Source: an uncultured Alphaproteobacteria bacterium (GTDB lineage Bacteria; Pseudomonadota; Alphaproteobacteria; CAAHEQ01; UBA3637). Taken from it: a stretch of 64,000 nt of DNA. The stretch is taken from contig CALXVP010000001.1 in the NCBI GenBank assembly GCA_944392125.1, forward strand, positions 132,325 to 196,324, written 5' to 3'. Shown here in pieces: positions 1 to 11,127 of this stretch. Both the position numbers and the translations under genes were made by a program. Numbering within the stretch: the stretch's first letter is position 1; each line of letters starts with the position of its first letter. A model generated the notes under the pieces. It did no database searches and was not told the DNA's origin. It saw only the letters and a program-made list of their open reading frames with translations.

Positions 1-1896
1 TGCTTCTCACGTGACCCGGCTACGGGTGAAAACTACTTCTACGGTGAATACTTGAAGAACGCCCAAGGTGAAGACGTTGTGGCCGGTATTCGCACACCGC
101 AACCGATGACAAAACTCGTCAAAGAACGTCGCGGAATTGACTTGCCGTGCATGGAAGAAGAATTCCCTGCCGTATATAAGGAATTAAGCGATATTCGTGC
201 CAAATTGGAAGCACATTATAAAGATATGCAAGATATGGAATTTACCATTCAAGACGGTAAATTGTGGATGTTGCAAACACGTAACGGAAAACGCACGGGA
301 ACAGCCGCTTTGCGTATTGCCGTAGAAATGGTCAAAGAAGGCTTAATTGATAAGAAAACAGCCATTATGCGTGTTGAAGCCCCGCAATTGGATCAATTAT
401 TGCACCCGATGTTTGATAAATCCGAAAAACGCACGGTTTTAACAACCGGTTTGCCGGCTTCTCCCGGCGCTGCTGTCGGACAAGTTGTTTTCTCGGCAGA
501 AGATGCAGAAAAAGCAGCAGAAGAAGGCAAAAAAGTGGTTTTGGTGCGTATTGAAACTTCACCGGAAGATATTGCCGGTATGCACGTTTCACAAGGTATT
601 TTAACAGCTCGTGGCGGTATGACATCACACGCAGCCGTGGTTGCTCGCGGTATGGGCAAACCGTGTGTTTCGGGCGTTCAAGATTTACGCATTGACTATG
701 CTGCAAAAACATTGAAAGTCGGCGACACGGTCATTAAGGAAGGCGATATGATTTCAATTGACGGAACAACCGGTCAAGTTATGAACGGCGCATTGAAACT
801 CGTATTACCGGAAATGACGGGTAACTTCGGTGAATTCATGGGCTGGGTTGATGAAATCCGCACATTAGGCGTTCGCACAAATGCCGAAACACCGTTAGAT
901 GCCAAAACAGCGCGTCAATTCGGTGCCGAAGGTATCGGTTTGTGCCGTACGGAACACATGTTCTTTGATCCGGCACGTATTAACCACATGCGTCAAATGA
1001 TTTTGGCTCATACGGTTGAAGATCGCCGTAAAGCATTAGAGAAGTTATTACCGTATCAACGTCAAGATTTCATTGACTTGTTCACGATTATGGAAGGCTT
1101 ACCGGTAACAATTCGTTTCTTGGATCCGCCTTTGCATGAGTTCTTACCGAACAAACGTGAAGAACAAGAAGAAATTGCACGTGAATTGGGTGTTTCAGTA
1201 GAAGAAGTTGCAGCCAGAACAGCCAAATTGCACGAAGCCAACCCGATGTTGGGTCACCGTGGTTGCCGTTTAGGTATCACCTATCCGGAAATCAACGAAA
1301 TGCAAGCACGGGCCGTATTTGAAGCTGCCGTTGCCGTTATGGAAAAATCGGGCAAAACGATTGTTCCCGAAATTATGATTCCGTTGGTCGGCACGAAGAA
1401 AGAATTAGATATGGCAAAAGCTATTGTGGTAAAAGTTGCAGACGAAGTGATGGCTGAAACAGGTAAGAAATTTGAGTATCATGTCGGTACAATGATTGAA
1501 TTACCGCGCGCTGCCATTACAGCTGACAAGATTGCCGAAACAGCCGAGTTCTTCAGCTTCGGCACAAACGACTTAACTCAAACAACATTAGGTATGAGCC
1601 GTGATGACGCCGGATCATTCTTACCTGAATATGTCCAAAAAGGCATTTACGAGCAAGATCCGTTTGCTTCATTAGACCAAGAAGGTGTTGGTGCATTGGT
1701 TGAAATTGCCGTTCAAAAAGGTAAAGCAACACGCCCGAACATCAAACTCGGTATTTGTGGCGAACACGGTGGTGATCCGAAGACAATTGACTTCTGTCAT
1801 CGTGTCGGATTGACATACGTATCATGCTCACCGTATCGTGTTCCTATCGCACGTTTGGCCGCTGCACAAGCAGCAGTCCGCAACGAAAAGAAATAA
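1..1896 (+). CDS. ppdK: pyruvate, phosphate dikinase; C-terminal part only, the frame is open to base 1 so the gene is 5'-truncated by the window
   Basis: Translation in frame from nt 1 reads [29 protein letters not shown]..., continuing into the PEP-utilising-enzyme mobile domain ([19 protein letters not shown]) and the TIM-barrel domain ([14 protein letters not shown]). The annotated TTG at 52 is internal. Confidence 0.93.
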   Translation, partial: CFSRDPATGENYFYGEYLKNAQGEDVVAGIRTPQPMTKLVKERRGIDLPCMEEEFPAVYKELSDIRAKLEAHYKDMQDMEFTIQDGKLWMLQTRNGKRTGTAALRIAVEMVKEGLIDKKTAIMRVEAPQLDQLLHPMFDKSEKRTVLTTGLPASPGAAVGQVVFSAEDAEKAAEEGKKVVLVRIETSPEDIAGMHVSQGILTARGGMTSHAAVVARGMGKPCVSGVQDLRIDYAAKTLKVGDTVIKEGDMISIDGTTGQVMNGALKLVLPEMTGNFGEFMGWVDEIRTLGVRTNAETPLDAKTARQFGAEGIGLCRTEHMFFDPARINHMRQMILAHTVEDRRKALEKLLPYQRQDFIDLFTIMEGLPVTIRFLDPPLHEFLPNKREEQEEIARELGVSVEEVAARTAKLHEANPMLGHRGCRLGITYPEINEMQARAVFEAAVAVMEKSGKTIVPEIMIPLVGTKKELDMAKAIVVKVADEVMAETGKKFEYHVGTMIELPRAAITADKIAETAEFFSFGTNDLTQTTLGMSRDDAGSFLPEYVQKGIYEQDPFASLDQEGVGALVEIAVQKGKATRPNIKLGICGEHGGDPKTIDFCHRVGLTYVSCSPYRVPIARLAAAQAAVRNEKK

Positions 1897-1916
1897 GCGG
1901 TAGCTAGCGAAAAAAG

Positions 1917-1947
1917 AAATCCCCTGCTCTTATGCGGGGGATTTTTA
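1917..1947. terminator. rho-independent terminator hairpin (aaatcccc...ggggattt followed by a T-run) downstream of ppdK; may act bidirectionally
   Basis: An 8-bp perfect inverted repeat with an 11-nt loop followed by TTTTT, seen directly in the sequence. Confidence 0.5.
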
Positions 1948-1978
1948 TATCTATTGAGTGTTGATGCTTAAATAAGTA

Positions 1979-4861
1979 TCAATGCTGTTTACACGTATAA
2001 CCCGTAATCACGCCATCGGCATTTGTGGATGCAACAGCCTCACGGTTATCGCAACTATTGCATAATGCAACGGACTCGCTATCCGTCCCGATAGTGCGAT
2101 TGCCACCCTCACTGCATAACAAGCAATTTCCGTTGGAATCTTGCCACAACCCCGGCACACATTCTTCAACACATTTTGCCGTGAGGTTATTTGTGGCACT
2201 ATTGCCGAGCGTCATTTCACGGCGATTATCGCAAGAATCGCAAAGATTATCTTCATTCGGATTCACGGCAACATTCTTTTCCGAACAATCACGACATGTA
2301 TTATTTGTATCTAAAAACTGGTGTGTTTCTTCGCATTTACCGTATTGACACAACCCGTTACTATATCGTCTGTTTGCGCATAAATTGCATTGTGCGACTC
2401 CGGCACCCGGAGACACCTTTTCATCCGAACATGAATAGCACTTATAATCGTTTCCACGAAACAACTCTCCATCATGATCACCGTCAAGATAAGGCTGAGC
2501 CTTTGCTTTTATATCCTCATTCAAGTCATCAATTAAGGGACCATCTAAACTACTGCATATTCCACTACCATTATTACCGGGTGCAACTTTAACACATTTG
2601 CCATCAATTATCATCCGATTACCACATGCCAAGCATGAAGATTGCGCTATGGAATTATCACTGACTGTTGGTGTATCCTCTCCATCGCAATGATAACATT
2701 TTCCTGTATTACTTTGATAATAATCACTGTCTGCCGGACACTCTTTACGGGCACAATATCTTCCATATAATTGATGCGTTTCGCCACAAATTTTTTCACA
2801 GTCATCAGGAATTAAGGGAATAAATTGATCCGAACTAGAACAAGAAACGCATCCGTATGTATAACTGCCATCCTGTATCTCATCACTATCACAAACTGGT
2901 AAACATCTCCAATGTCCATTCGGATCTTGACCCTTCCATCGCTGTATTAGCGAGGATTTACAATTCGTTTCGCAACTCATGTCATCTTCATCAATCAAAA
3001 CACCCCCATTTTGTGTACAAGGATAACACTTTCCGTCTTTTCCTTTAAATTGATTTTCAGAACATACTTCTTCATACGAGCAATAAAATCTCAAATCATC
3101 TTGTCTGATAACTTTTCGACCGCATAATTCACACATTGTTTTTGCTTCCTCATCATTTGCCCAAATGATATTAGAGTTAATTATATCATTACATTTCAGG
3201 CACTGACTGGATGCGTTTTGCCAAACGCGATTACAATTTACTGGATCATCACATGAATCTGGCGCATCCGTCGGTTGTTCACAATTAACAACACAGTATA
3301 TCCATCCAACTCTAAATAATCTAGCACTTCTATTTGAACATTCATTGCATAATTGGTTTAAATAATCAGAATTTATATTGTTTGAAATTAAACCACCATT
3401 TATTTGAATATTATATGCAGAAGAATCAGCATCACACGAAACACATTTCCCATAATCAGTTTCTAAAAATTGGTTGTCACTGCAAGAAGTTTTTGATGCA
3501 CAATAATAACTTGCATTACTCATAATTTTAAACCAGAATCTATCCTCGCCACAAGCTAAACATTGCGCTTTTGAGACAGTATCACCGCTAATAGTATGCG
3601 GTGTTTTATCCGAGCAAGGCACACAGCCTGCGCCGTCGCTTGCTTGATATGTATATCCGTTTGTGCAAGCGTAAGAGCAATACGCTTTTTCATCGTCTAC
3701 ATCCCCGTAGTATCTCGTTGGGTTGTTGCACGCTGCGCATTGCTCTTTCCCCGACTTTGTATCCTTAAAATTTAACGCACTGTTCTCAAACGGTGTTAAA
3801 CTCACCAGAAAATTATTCGGATTACTGCATGGCACGCAAACGCCGTTTGGCGTGCGAAACTCTTTCCCAAACGCACATTCCGCAGGCACTTCCACGCAGG
3901 TGTTCGTTATCTCCGAACACGTATAATTTGTGCCTTTCTCGGCACAGTCTTTCGGCGTTAGACACTCCACACAGGCGCATTGCTCTTGATTGCAGTAAGG
4001 CGTGCTTGCATTTCCACTGCATTCATCGCGACACGTTAATGTATTTTCATCACACGTCGGCGTTCCGCAACAGGAACTGCAATCTCCGTCTTCCACACAG
4101 TTTTCATTGATGAGTGAATCCGATTCACTATTCAAAAAGATCGTAAACACCATTTCATTTTGAATATTGCCGTTTATATCTCCGCAAATAGCTACATCGC
4201 CCGTATATTTTGTGCCGTTCACTTGCACAAACTGCAATCCTTTAATGACGTTTATCAACGGCATATTTAAGACGCTTTTACAAATCCGCGAACTCACTTC
4301 GCCCACAAATACCCGAAATGCCACATCGGGTTTAGATTGCATAGATATCGGAAAGCCCGACGCTGTGGTTTGCGCAAATTCTAAAAAATCTTTTCCGCTC
4401 TCGCTCGGTTCGGGTAACGGCATTCGCTGATACCGATTCCATATATCCGTTGCTCGCAGATTCACTTCATAGATAATATCGTTTGACCGATATTTTTCCA
4501 TGGCATACCGATAGCCTGCAATTCCCGCAACCGACAACACACCAATCACCGCCAACACGCCCAGCATTTCTACCATACTCCGACCGCATTCGGCTAAATA
4601 CATACCCCTTAATCCGTTCAATCCGTGCAATCCCCGCACATTCCTTAATCCACTTAATCCATGCAACCCGCAAAATCCGCCAAATCCACGTTGCGTTTGT
4701 GATTCTGGTGAATATTCCGCTTTTTGATTGTTTTTCAAGCGCGTGAGACTATTTTGATTCGCTGATTTTATCTCTTGTTTTGCGCGATTCGCCTCAAATT
4801 CCCTGTTTTTTACTTTTTTTGCATAAAAAGAAGCCACGTTAACTATTTGTTTTATTTTCAT
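1979..4861 (-). CDS. giant cysteine-rich protein with a type IV pilin-like N-terminal domain (class III signal peptide ...ECG|RSMVEMLGVLAVIGVLSVAGIAGYRYAM) and many CxxC-containing repeats; the true start is probably internal
   Basis: Prepilin-peptidase motif: G-1, E+5, hydrophobic helix, G14 and Y24 at pilin-conserved positions. More than 90 Cys with a recurring K/QCxxC periodicity. The annotated 93-aa leader contains GLHGLSGL/GLHGLNGLRG encoded by roughly 9-nt repeats. Paralogous to the gene at 16830-18500. Confidence 0.55.
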   Translation of the reverse strand: MKIKQIVNVASFYAKKVKNREFEANRAKQEIKSANQNSLTRLKNNQKAEYSPESQTQRGFGGFCGLHGLSGLRNVRGLHGLNGLRGMYLAECGRSMVEMLGVLAVIGVLSVAGIAGYRYAMEKYRSNDIIYEVNLRATDIWNRYQRMPLPEPSESGKDFLEFAQTTASGFPISMQSKPDVAFRVFVGEVSSRICKSVLNMPLINVIKGLQFVQVNGTKYTGDVAICGDINGNIQNEMVFTIFLNSESDSLINENCVEDGDCSSCCGTPTCDENTLTCRDECSGNASTPYCNQEQCACVECLTPKDCAEKGTNYTCSEITNTCVEVPAECAFGKEFRTPNGVCVPCSNPNNFLVSLTPFENSALNFKDTKSGKEQCAACNNPTRYYGDVDDEKAYCSYACTNGYTYQASDGAGCVPCSDKTPHTISGDTVSKAQCLACGEDRFWFKIMSNASYYCASKTSCSDNQFLETDYGKCVSCDADSSAYNIQINGGLISNNINSDYLNQLCNECSNRSARLFRVGWIYCVVNCEQPTDAPDSCDDPVNCNRVWQNASSQCLKCNDIINSNIIWANDEEAKTMCELCGRKVIRQDDLRFYCSYEEVCSENQFKGKDGKCYPCTQNGGVLIDEDDMSCETNCKSSLIQRWKGQDPNGHWRCLPVCDSDEIQDGSYTYGCVSCSSSDQFIPLIPDDCEKICGETHQLYGRYCARKECPADSDYYQSNTGKCYHCDGEDTPTVSDNSIAQSSCLACGNRMIIDGKCVKVAPGNNGSGICSSLDGPLIDDLNEDIKAKAQPYLDGDHDGELFRGNDYKCYSCSDEKVSPGAGVAQCNLCANRRYSNGLCQYGKCEETHQFLDTNNTCRDCSEKNVAVNPNEDNLCDSCDNRREMTLGNSATNNLTAKCVEECVPGLWQDSNGNCLLCSEGGNRTIGTDSESVALCNSCDNREAVASTNADGVITGYTCKQH

Positions 4862-5185
4862 TTTTCTTTCTCCCCATTCTTCATAAAGGTCCGTTTATGT
4901 AGAGGGAGAACAGCACAAAATCGCCCCGCGAAATGAAATTTCAAAAAATTATTATTTTACAAGTAGATATTCATATTTAAATTTTTACTTGATTATTTTA
5001 AAAATACCCTTATAATCCTCTTTATACTATATCATCTAGACGGACCTTTTTGTAGAGTGAATCACTGCTGACCGTAAAATCCGTGATTTTAGATAAATTC
5101 ATTGTTTCGTTCCCTATTCTAAACGCGCCAATGCCCTTGTCGGAAAAATAGGTGTATCCGATTGTGCGCTTTTAAAAAAGTGAAT

Positions 5186-7408
5186 TTAGGAGCCGAATTT
5201 ATTGCTTCTTGGGAAGCCAACCGGCGGGAATTTCCCGACTGTTGCCCGTTTGGCTAACCACAAATTAATGTTGCGTTCTACCCGCGTGCCGTTGCCACTC
5301 GGAAATGATAACCCGTCTTCCAAATTAAAGAACTTGGCATCCGATAACTTTGCTTCCTGATACCGCTGTAAGATTACACCGCTACCGCGAGTCATTGTCG
5401 GAATCTCATCGGCCGAAAACACCACCATTTTGCGATTCGTGCCGATAACGGCAACATGTGTTCCGTTGGCGGGTTTACAAAGCAATGCCTTATCCCCCTC
5501 AGCCAAATTCAAAATAATCTTGCCAGCTCGTGTTTGCGCAATTACATCGTTGCTGTTCACAATAAATCCTTTTCCGTTTCGCGATGCAACCAGCAATTTT
5601 TGATCGGGTTGCCAGGCAAACATCGTTACAATCTCAGCATCCTCAGCCACGTCAACCGATAATCTTAACGGCTCGCCATATCCGCGCCCGCCCGCAATAT
5701 TATTGCCCAAAATCGTGTAAAAACGACCGTTATCGGCAAATAATACAATGTTATCGGTTGTATACGTCTTTAAGGATAATTTAAGAGAATCGCCCTCTTT
5801 GAATTTAACATCGTCGGCCGAATCAATATGCCCTTTCATGGCGCGTATCCAGCCTTGTTTTGAAAGAACAACCGTTATCGGTTCTTTTTCAATCATCGCT
5901 TCTATGGAAATTTCTACTTCTTTCGGCGCTTCTGCTACAAGCGTCCGCCGTTTGCCGAGTTCCGTTTTCTGCCCGAATTTCTTTTGTATTTCTTTGATTT
6001 CTTCCGCTAATTTATTCTTGCGCAACTCCTCATCGGTCAGTAAGGCTTCCAAACCTTCTTTTTCAATCTCCAAATTCTTATATTCGGTTTTAATTTGTTC
6101 TTCTTCTAATTTTCTGAGTGAACGCAACCGCATGTTTAAAATGGCTTCCGCTTGAATATCCGAAAGGGAAAACTCTTTCATCATCACAACTTTCGGCTCA
6201 TCTTCGTTGCGAATAATTTCAATCACGCGATCCAAATTCAAATACGCAATTAAAAACCCTTGCAATAATTCCATTCTGTGCGCAATTTTATCGAGCCGAT
6301 ATTTTGATTTGCGGATTAAAACCGTATCACGATGTTTTAAAAAGGCAGTCAGCACCTCGCGTATATTCATAACGCGCGGTGTATGATCTGCATCCAACAC
6401 ATTCATATTTAAGTTGAAATTAACTTGTAAATCCGTGTTTTTAAACAGATGTTCCATTAACTGTTCCGGTTCAACCGAACGTGATTTCGGCTCCAACACC
6501 AACCGAACAACATCCGATGATTCATCGCGAATATCCGCCAACATCGGCAACTTCTTTTCCGATAATAACTTGGCAATGCGTGCCACCAAATCCGATTTTT
6601 GAACTTGATACGGAATTTCCGTTACAACAATCTGATATTGCCCATGCGAAAGATCTTCTTTTTCCCATTTTGCACGCACTTTCATTGCCCCGCGCCCCTC
6701 CGTATACGTTTTAACGATACTTTCGTGACTTTCGGCCAAAATACCGCCTGTCGGGAAATCGGGGCCTTGAATAAACGTCATCAACCGTTCAATTTCCGCG
6801 TCCGGTTTTTTCAATAAATACAAAAGCGCATCACATACTTCACCCACGTTATGCGGTGGAATGTTTGTTGCCATACCGACGGCAATTCCCGACGCCCCGT
6901 TTGCCAGCAAATTCGGAAAAGCGGCCGGCATAACCATCGGCTCTTCCTCCTCGCCGTCATACGTCTTTTCAAAATCAACGGCATCATCATCCAGCCCGTC
7001 CATCAACGCAACGGCAACAGCCGTTAACCGCGCTTCCGTATAACGCATGGCTGCGGCTTTATCGCCGTCTATATTTCCGAAGTTACCCTGCCCGTCTACC
7101 AACGGATACCGCACGGCAAAATCTTGTGCCAAACGCACCATTGCTTCATATACCGACGAATCCCCGTGCGGGTGATACTTACCGATAACATCACCCACCA
7201 CACGGGCGCATTTCTTAAAGCCCGAAACCGGGTCCAGCTTTAATTGCCTCATGGCAAATAAAAGCCGGCGATGCACGGGTTTTAAACCGTCTCGCACATC
7301 CGGCAACGATCGTGCCACAATCGTGGAAACGGCATACGCCAAATATCTCTCGGAGAGGGCATTTGCCAGTTTTGTTTCTCTAATATTTTCCGTTATGACT
7401 TCATTCAT
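5186..7408 (-). CDS. parC: DNA topoisomerase IV subunit A (ParC; GyrA-family, 740 aa, lacking the long GyrA C-terminal extension)
   Basis: The N-terminus [30 protein letters not shown] and the active-site region [10 protein letters not shown] are typical of GyrA/ParC. The 740-aa length favours ParC. Confidence 0.8.
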   Translation of the reverse strand: MNEVITENIRETKLANALSERYLAYAVSTIVARSLPDVRDGLKPVHRRLLFAMRQLKLDPVSGFKKCARVVGDVIGKYHPHGDSSVYEAMVRLAQDFAVRYPLVDGQGNFGNIDGDKAAAMRYTEARLTAVAVALMDGLDDDAVDFEKTYDGEEEEPMVMPAAFPNLLANGASGIAVGMATNIPPHNVGEVCDALLYLLKKPDAEIERLMTFIQGPDFPTGGILAESHESIVKTYTEGRGAMKVRAKWEKEDLSHGQYQIVVTEIPYQVQKSDLVARIAKLLSEKKLPMLADIRDESSDVVRLVLEPKSRSVEPEQLMEHLFKNTDLQVNFNLNMNVLDADHTPRVMNIREVLTAFLKHRDTVLIRKSKYRLDKIAHRMELLQGFLIAYLNLDRVIEIIRNEDEPKVVMMKEFSLSDIQAEAILNMRLRSLRKLEEEQIKTEYKNLEIEKEGLEALLTDEELRKNKLAEEIKEIQKKFGQKTELGKRRTLVAEAPKEVEISIEAMIEKEPITVVLSKQGWIRAMKGHIDSADDVKFKEGDSLKLSLKTYTTDNIVLFADNGRFYTILGNNIAGGRGYGEPLRLSVDVAEDAEIVTMFAWQPDQKLLVASRNGKGFIVNSNDVIAQTRAGKIILNLAEGDKALLCKPANGTHVAVIGTNRKMVVFSADEIPTMTRGSGVILQRYQEAKLSDAKFFNLEDGLSFPSGNGTRVERNINLWLAKRATVGKFPPVGFPRSNKFGS

Positions 7409-7650
7409 CTTGCTTAACTGCCGATTTAGTTATATTCTGTTTTATGGTTTATAAAAATACGCTGTTTGTGTGCGGATTATAAAACATTTGTTTTTAAAAC
7501 GCAAGTTTTTTTTCAGAAAACAATTCTCTCATTTTCTCGCCCCATTCCTTGCAAAACGCCTCGTATAAAAAAATAAGATGAGAATGGATTTTGCCTTGCT
7601 ATTTTGTTTTCTTTTGTGTAGACTCGTTACCATATCAAAAAGGAGAAATC

Positions 7651-8187
7651 ATGAAATTTTCAATTTTATGCTGTGCACTCATCACGCTTATCCCGATGTT
7701 TTCCACCCCGAGTTTAGCGCAGGAAGATATGGCAACGGCAACGGAAGAAAACGATATTCAACCGCTCGGGCATTATTCCGCCTGGCGGATTTACACGGCA
7801 ACGCAAGACGGCGAGAAAGTTTGCTTTATGGCCGCCTCACCGCTCTATGCCTCGCCGACAAAAAGAAAAGATGCGTACTTAATGATTGCCAGACGCCCGG
7901 CATTTAAAGAATACAATGTTGTTTCGGTTATGACGGGTGTGGATTACCCCGAAAAATCAACACCGACAATCGGCGTGGATAATAATAAAGTGTTTGCCAT
8001 GTTTGCCCAAAAGAATACGGCGTTCATTAAAGATTCCGCGAAAGAAAAAGAAGTTATAAAACAGATGATTGACGGGAACATTGCCCGCACCGTGGGGAAA
8101 TCAAAACGCGGGACAACGTTTAAAGATTCTTATTCGCTGAAAGGATTTACAAAAGCGCTGGATAAAATTACGAAGGAGTGCCCGTAA
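7651..8187 (+). CDS. secreted invasion-associated locus B (IalB)-like protein; probable start at MKFSILCCALITLIP
   Basis: Signal peptide followed by the SAWRIY...DGEKVCFMAASP pattern characteristic of the Invasion_assoc_B family. Weak, fold-level call. Confidence 0.4.
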   Translation: MKFSILCCALITLIPMFSTPSLAQEDMATATEENDIQPLGHYSAWRIYTATQDGEKVCFMAASPLYASPTKRKDAYLMIARRPAFKEYNVVSVMTGVDYPEKSTPTIGVDNNKVFAMFAQKNTAFIKDSAKEKEVIKQMIDGNIARTVGKSKRGTTFKDSYSLKGFTKALDKITKECP

Positions 8188-8252
8188 ATTACAAGGAGTC
8201 TGCCCGCATCATCTTGGCGTTTTATGATACCGATAACATAGAGGAAAAGAAA

Positions 8253-9356
8253 ATGAAAAAAGAACTTGTGGGGCTTTCAAAAGCCGATTTGCAACAAGAA
8301 ATGCTTGCGTTGGGCGAAAAACCGTTTCGCGCCAAACAACTCTGGCACTGGATTTATAACAAGGGAAAGACGAACTTTGCCGATATGACAACCCTTGCCA
8401 AACCGTTTCGCGAAGAGTTAGATACGCTTTATACCGTTTCGCATCCTAAAATCATAACGGAGCAAAATTCCGTGGATGGCACACGCAAGTGGTTGATGGA
8501 ATTTGCCGACGGGAAACAAGTGGAATGCGTCTATATTCCGGAAGCCGACAGAGGCGCCGTTTGTATTTCCACGCAAGTAGGGTGCGCACAAGGGTGCAAA
8601 TTTTGCCATACGGGCACACAACGTATGATGCGCAATTTAACGGCCGGCGAAATTGTCGGGCAATTTATGTCGGCACGCGATAGTTATGGCGAATGGCCGA
8701 CGCCGACAGATGAAACGCGTTATTTATCCAACATTGTGGTGATGGGTATGGGTGAGCCGTTATGTAATTTTGAAAATTTAAAAACGGCGCTTTTAATCGC
8801 CATGGACGGCGACGGGCTTGCTATTTCAAAACGGCGGATTACCGTTTCAACCTCGGGCGTTGCCAACCATATTCCCGAGCTGGCCGATTTAGGCGTTAAG
8901 TTAGCCGTCAGTCTGCACGCGCCGAATAACGAAATTCGGGATAAAATTATGCCCGTTAATCGTAAATTCCCGCTGGAAGTTTTGATTGAAGCTTGTAAGG
9001 AATATCAACGCAGATGCGAACGCCGTCAATTTATTACTATGGAATACGTGCTGTTAAAAGATATTAACGACCAGCCGAAACATGCGGAAGAATTGATGAA
9101 ATTGGTTGATGGGTTGGAAGTAAAGTTTAATTTAATTCCGTTCCATTCATGGGAGGGAGCACCGTTTGAAGCATCAAGTAATAACGCCATTCACCGCTTT
9201 TCAAAAATTTTGGAAAGCAACTGGTTTGCAGCGCCCGTTCGCCGTTCGCGCGGAGAGGATATTATGGCAGCCTGCGGGCAACTCAAATCAGCCAAGGGAA
9301 CGGACGGAACCGTTTCACGCACACAACGGCCGACGAATGAATCAACGGAAAAATAA
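8253..9356 (+). CDS. rlmN: 23S rRNA m2A2503 / tRNA m2A37 methyltransferase (radical SAM)
   Basis: GEKPFRAKQLWHWIY N-terminal motif, CxxxCxxC radical-SAM cluster (CAQGCKFCHTG), and GMGEPL. The start is placed at the internal MKKELVG. Confidence 0.9.
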   Translation: MKKELVGLSKADLQQEMLALGEKPFRAKQLWHWIYNKGKTNFADMTTLAKPFREELDTLYTVSHPKIITEQNSVDGTRKWLMEFADGKQVECVYIPEADRGAVCISTQVGCAQGCKFCHTGTQRMMRNLTAGEIVGQFMSARDSYGEWPTPTDETRYLSNIVVMGMGEPLCNFENLKTALLIAMDGDGLAISKRRITVSTSGVANHIPELADLGVKLAVSLHAPNNEIRDKIMPVNRKFPLEVLIEACKEYQRRCERRQFITMEYVLLKDINDQPKHAEELMKLVDGLEVKFNLIPFHSWEGAPFEASSNNAIHRFSKILESNWFAAPVRRSRGEDIMAACGQLKSAKGTDGTVSRTQRPTNESTEK

Positions 9357-9467
9357 TTTGCGCATTTTACCATATTTACCGTTGTATTTGCCGATATATA
9401 TGCTTATGTAAACAAAGAACGAATTGGTATTTAAAAATTTGAAAATTGAAAAAACAAGGAGGGGAAA

Positions 9468-9977
9468 ATGAATATTGAAAATGCTATTTTACAGCGTCGC
9501 TCAATTCGTCAATACGAAAAAGGGGCTCACGTTTCGCAAGATGATTTACACCGCATTTTGCGTTCTGCCATGTATGCGCCGAGCGCTATGAATCGTCAAC
9601 CATGGGAATTTTATGTGGCAACGGAAGAGTCTCTTTTGCAAACAATTCAGACCATTCATCCGCATTGTGCTTTCTTGACAGATGCCGGAACCGGTATTAT
9701 CGTTTGCATTGATACGGAAAAAGAATATGCCGGCATGGGCATTATTGATGTCTCTCTTGCTTCTCAAAACTTAATGTTGGAAGCCTATGCGCTCGGCTAT
9801 GGCACCTGCTACTGCGGTATCAGCGAAGAACAATCCGTTGCCTTACAACAGTTGCTTTCCATGCCGAAAACAATTAAACCCAGCGGATTGATTGTTCTCG
9901 GAAAACCACTTAATGCTACCGAACATACACCGTCTGAAAGATTCAATCCAAATGCCGTGCATTTAAATAAATGGTAA
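9468..9977 (+). CDS. nitroreductase-family protein
   Basis: The RRSIRQY motif at the N-terminus and the nitroreductase-fold length (169 aa). Confidence 0.75.
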   Translation: MNIENAILQRRSIRQYEKGAHVSQDDLHRILRSAMYAPSAMNRQPWEFYVATEESLLQTIQTIHPHCAFLTDAGTGIIVCIDTEKEYAGMGIIDVSLASQNLMLEAYALGYGTCYCGISEEQSVALQQLLSMPKTIKPSGLIVLGKPLNATEHTPSERFNPNAVHLNKW

Positions 9978-10074
9978 ACAAGGCGAATTTTAAAAATTCT
10001 TCTCACCAAAAACCCCGATTGTGCGTAAAGCCAATCGGGGCGATTTTTTTTATTCTATATCACACATTACTTCT

Positions 10075-11127
10075 TTACTGTCGGTCAGCCGTATTCTCTG
10101 CTTTCGGTGCCGTATTTTCCTGAGCATTATCTGCTTTTTTCGGCGTTTTTTTGGCCTTTTTCAAGACGGCTCGCCAATTTTGAACATTCTTTTGATGCCC
10201 GGCATACGTTTCCGAAAAGTTATGTCCGCCCTTACCGTTCGCAACAAAATAAATATACTTTGTTTCTGCCGGTTGCAAAACGGCTTGAATGGCGGCGCGC
10301 CCCGGATTTGAAATGGCGCCTTTCGGCAATCCCTTGATATAATAGGTGTTATACGGGCTGGGATGCTTTAAGTCTTTATAAGTTAACGAACGCTTTAAAT
10401 CATACTTCCCGTTTGTCAAAGCATATAAAACCGTCGGGTCGGATTGAAGTGGCATTCCTTTATTTAAACGATTCACAAATGCCGAAGCGATGAGCGGTCT
10501 TTCTTTTGCCAACGCTGTTTCTTTTTCAACAACAGAGGCTAAAATAACCGCCTCTTCCGGTGTGTCAATCGGTAAATTTTCCGCCCGTGTTTCCCATAAC
10601 TCCGCCACCGTGCGTTGCATGGCATTTTTCATGCGTGTAATCATACCGTCTTTAGTGTCGCCGTATGAGTAATGGTATGTATCGGGCAACAAAGTGCCGT
10701 CTTTCGGAACTTGCGAAACTTCGCCCGTTAATCCTTTTGCTTTATCCAACAGCGCAACAATTTGATGAGAACTTAACCCCTCGGGCACTTTGAATTTGCG
10801 AATATACGTTTGCCCACCCACTAAAATATCCATCACCATTTTGGCGCTTGAATGTTTGGGAAACGAATATTCGCCCGCTTTGATTTTACTCAAATTACCG
10901 CTGGCTCGCACACCCAACATAAAAACGGACGGACTTGCAATAACCCCCTCGCGATAGAGCAATCTGGCAATCTGTTTCAAGCCCTTCCCTTTGGGAATAT
11001 AAACTTCCTTATGCGCCGTCAGCGGTCCTTCGGAAACAAATTGCGAGTAAGTTGTAAAAACACTGCCCCCGATAAGGGAGGCTAAAATAAAAACAATAAA
11101 AAAATAAATAAAAACTCTTTGGCGCAT
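10075..11127 (-). CDS. mltG: endolytic murein transglycosylase MltG (YceG family)
   Basis: N-terminal TM anchor and YceG-like domain motifs (IPEGLSSHQIVALL, QSDPTVLYAL, YNTY...GLP). Confidence 0.85.
   Translation of the reverse strand: MRQRVFIYFFIVFILASLIGGSVFTTYSQFVSEGPLTAHKEVYIPKGKGLKQIARLLYREGVIASPSVFMLGVRASGNLSKIKAGEYSFPKHSSAKMVMDILVGGQTYIRKFKVPEGLSSHQIVALLDKAKGLTGEVSQVPKDGTLLPDTYHYSYGDTKDGMITRMKNAMQRTVAELWETRAENLPIDTPEEAVILASVVEKETALAKERPLIASAFVNRLNKGMPLQSDPTVLYALTNGKYDLKRSLTYKDLKHPSPYNTYYIKGLPKGAISNPGRAAIQAVLQPAETKYIYFVANGKGGHNFSETYAGHQKNVQNWRAVLKKAKKTPKKADNAQENTAPKAENTADRQ

Noticed and set aside
365-712. Antisense ORFs within ppdK, and similar embedded ORFs in parC, PFOR, the ABC-F gene and other large genes
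   Set aside because: They are fully contained within strongly supported conserved genes on the opposite strand or in another frame. They have no motifs or RBS and are typical six-frame noise.
2025-4746. Numerous plus-strand ORFs (2025-2348, 2191-2592, 3793-4110, 4167-4430, 4483-4746 and others) opposite the 960-aa gene
   Set aside because: The Cys-rich minus-strand gene is repetitive and GC-skewed, which leaves the complementary strand open. None has recognisable features. The long minus ORF, with its pilin N-terminus and internal repeats, is the coherent reading.
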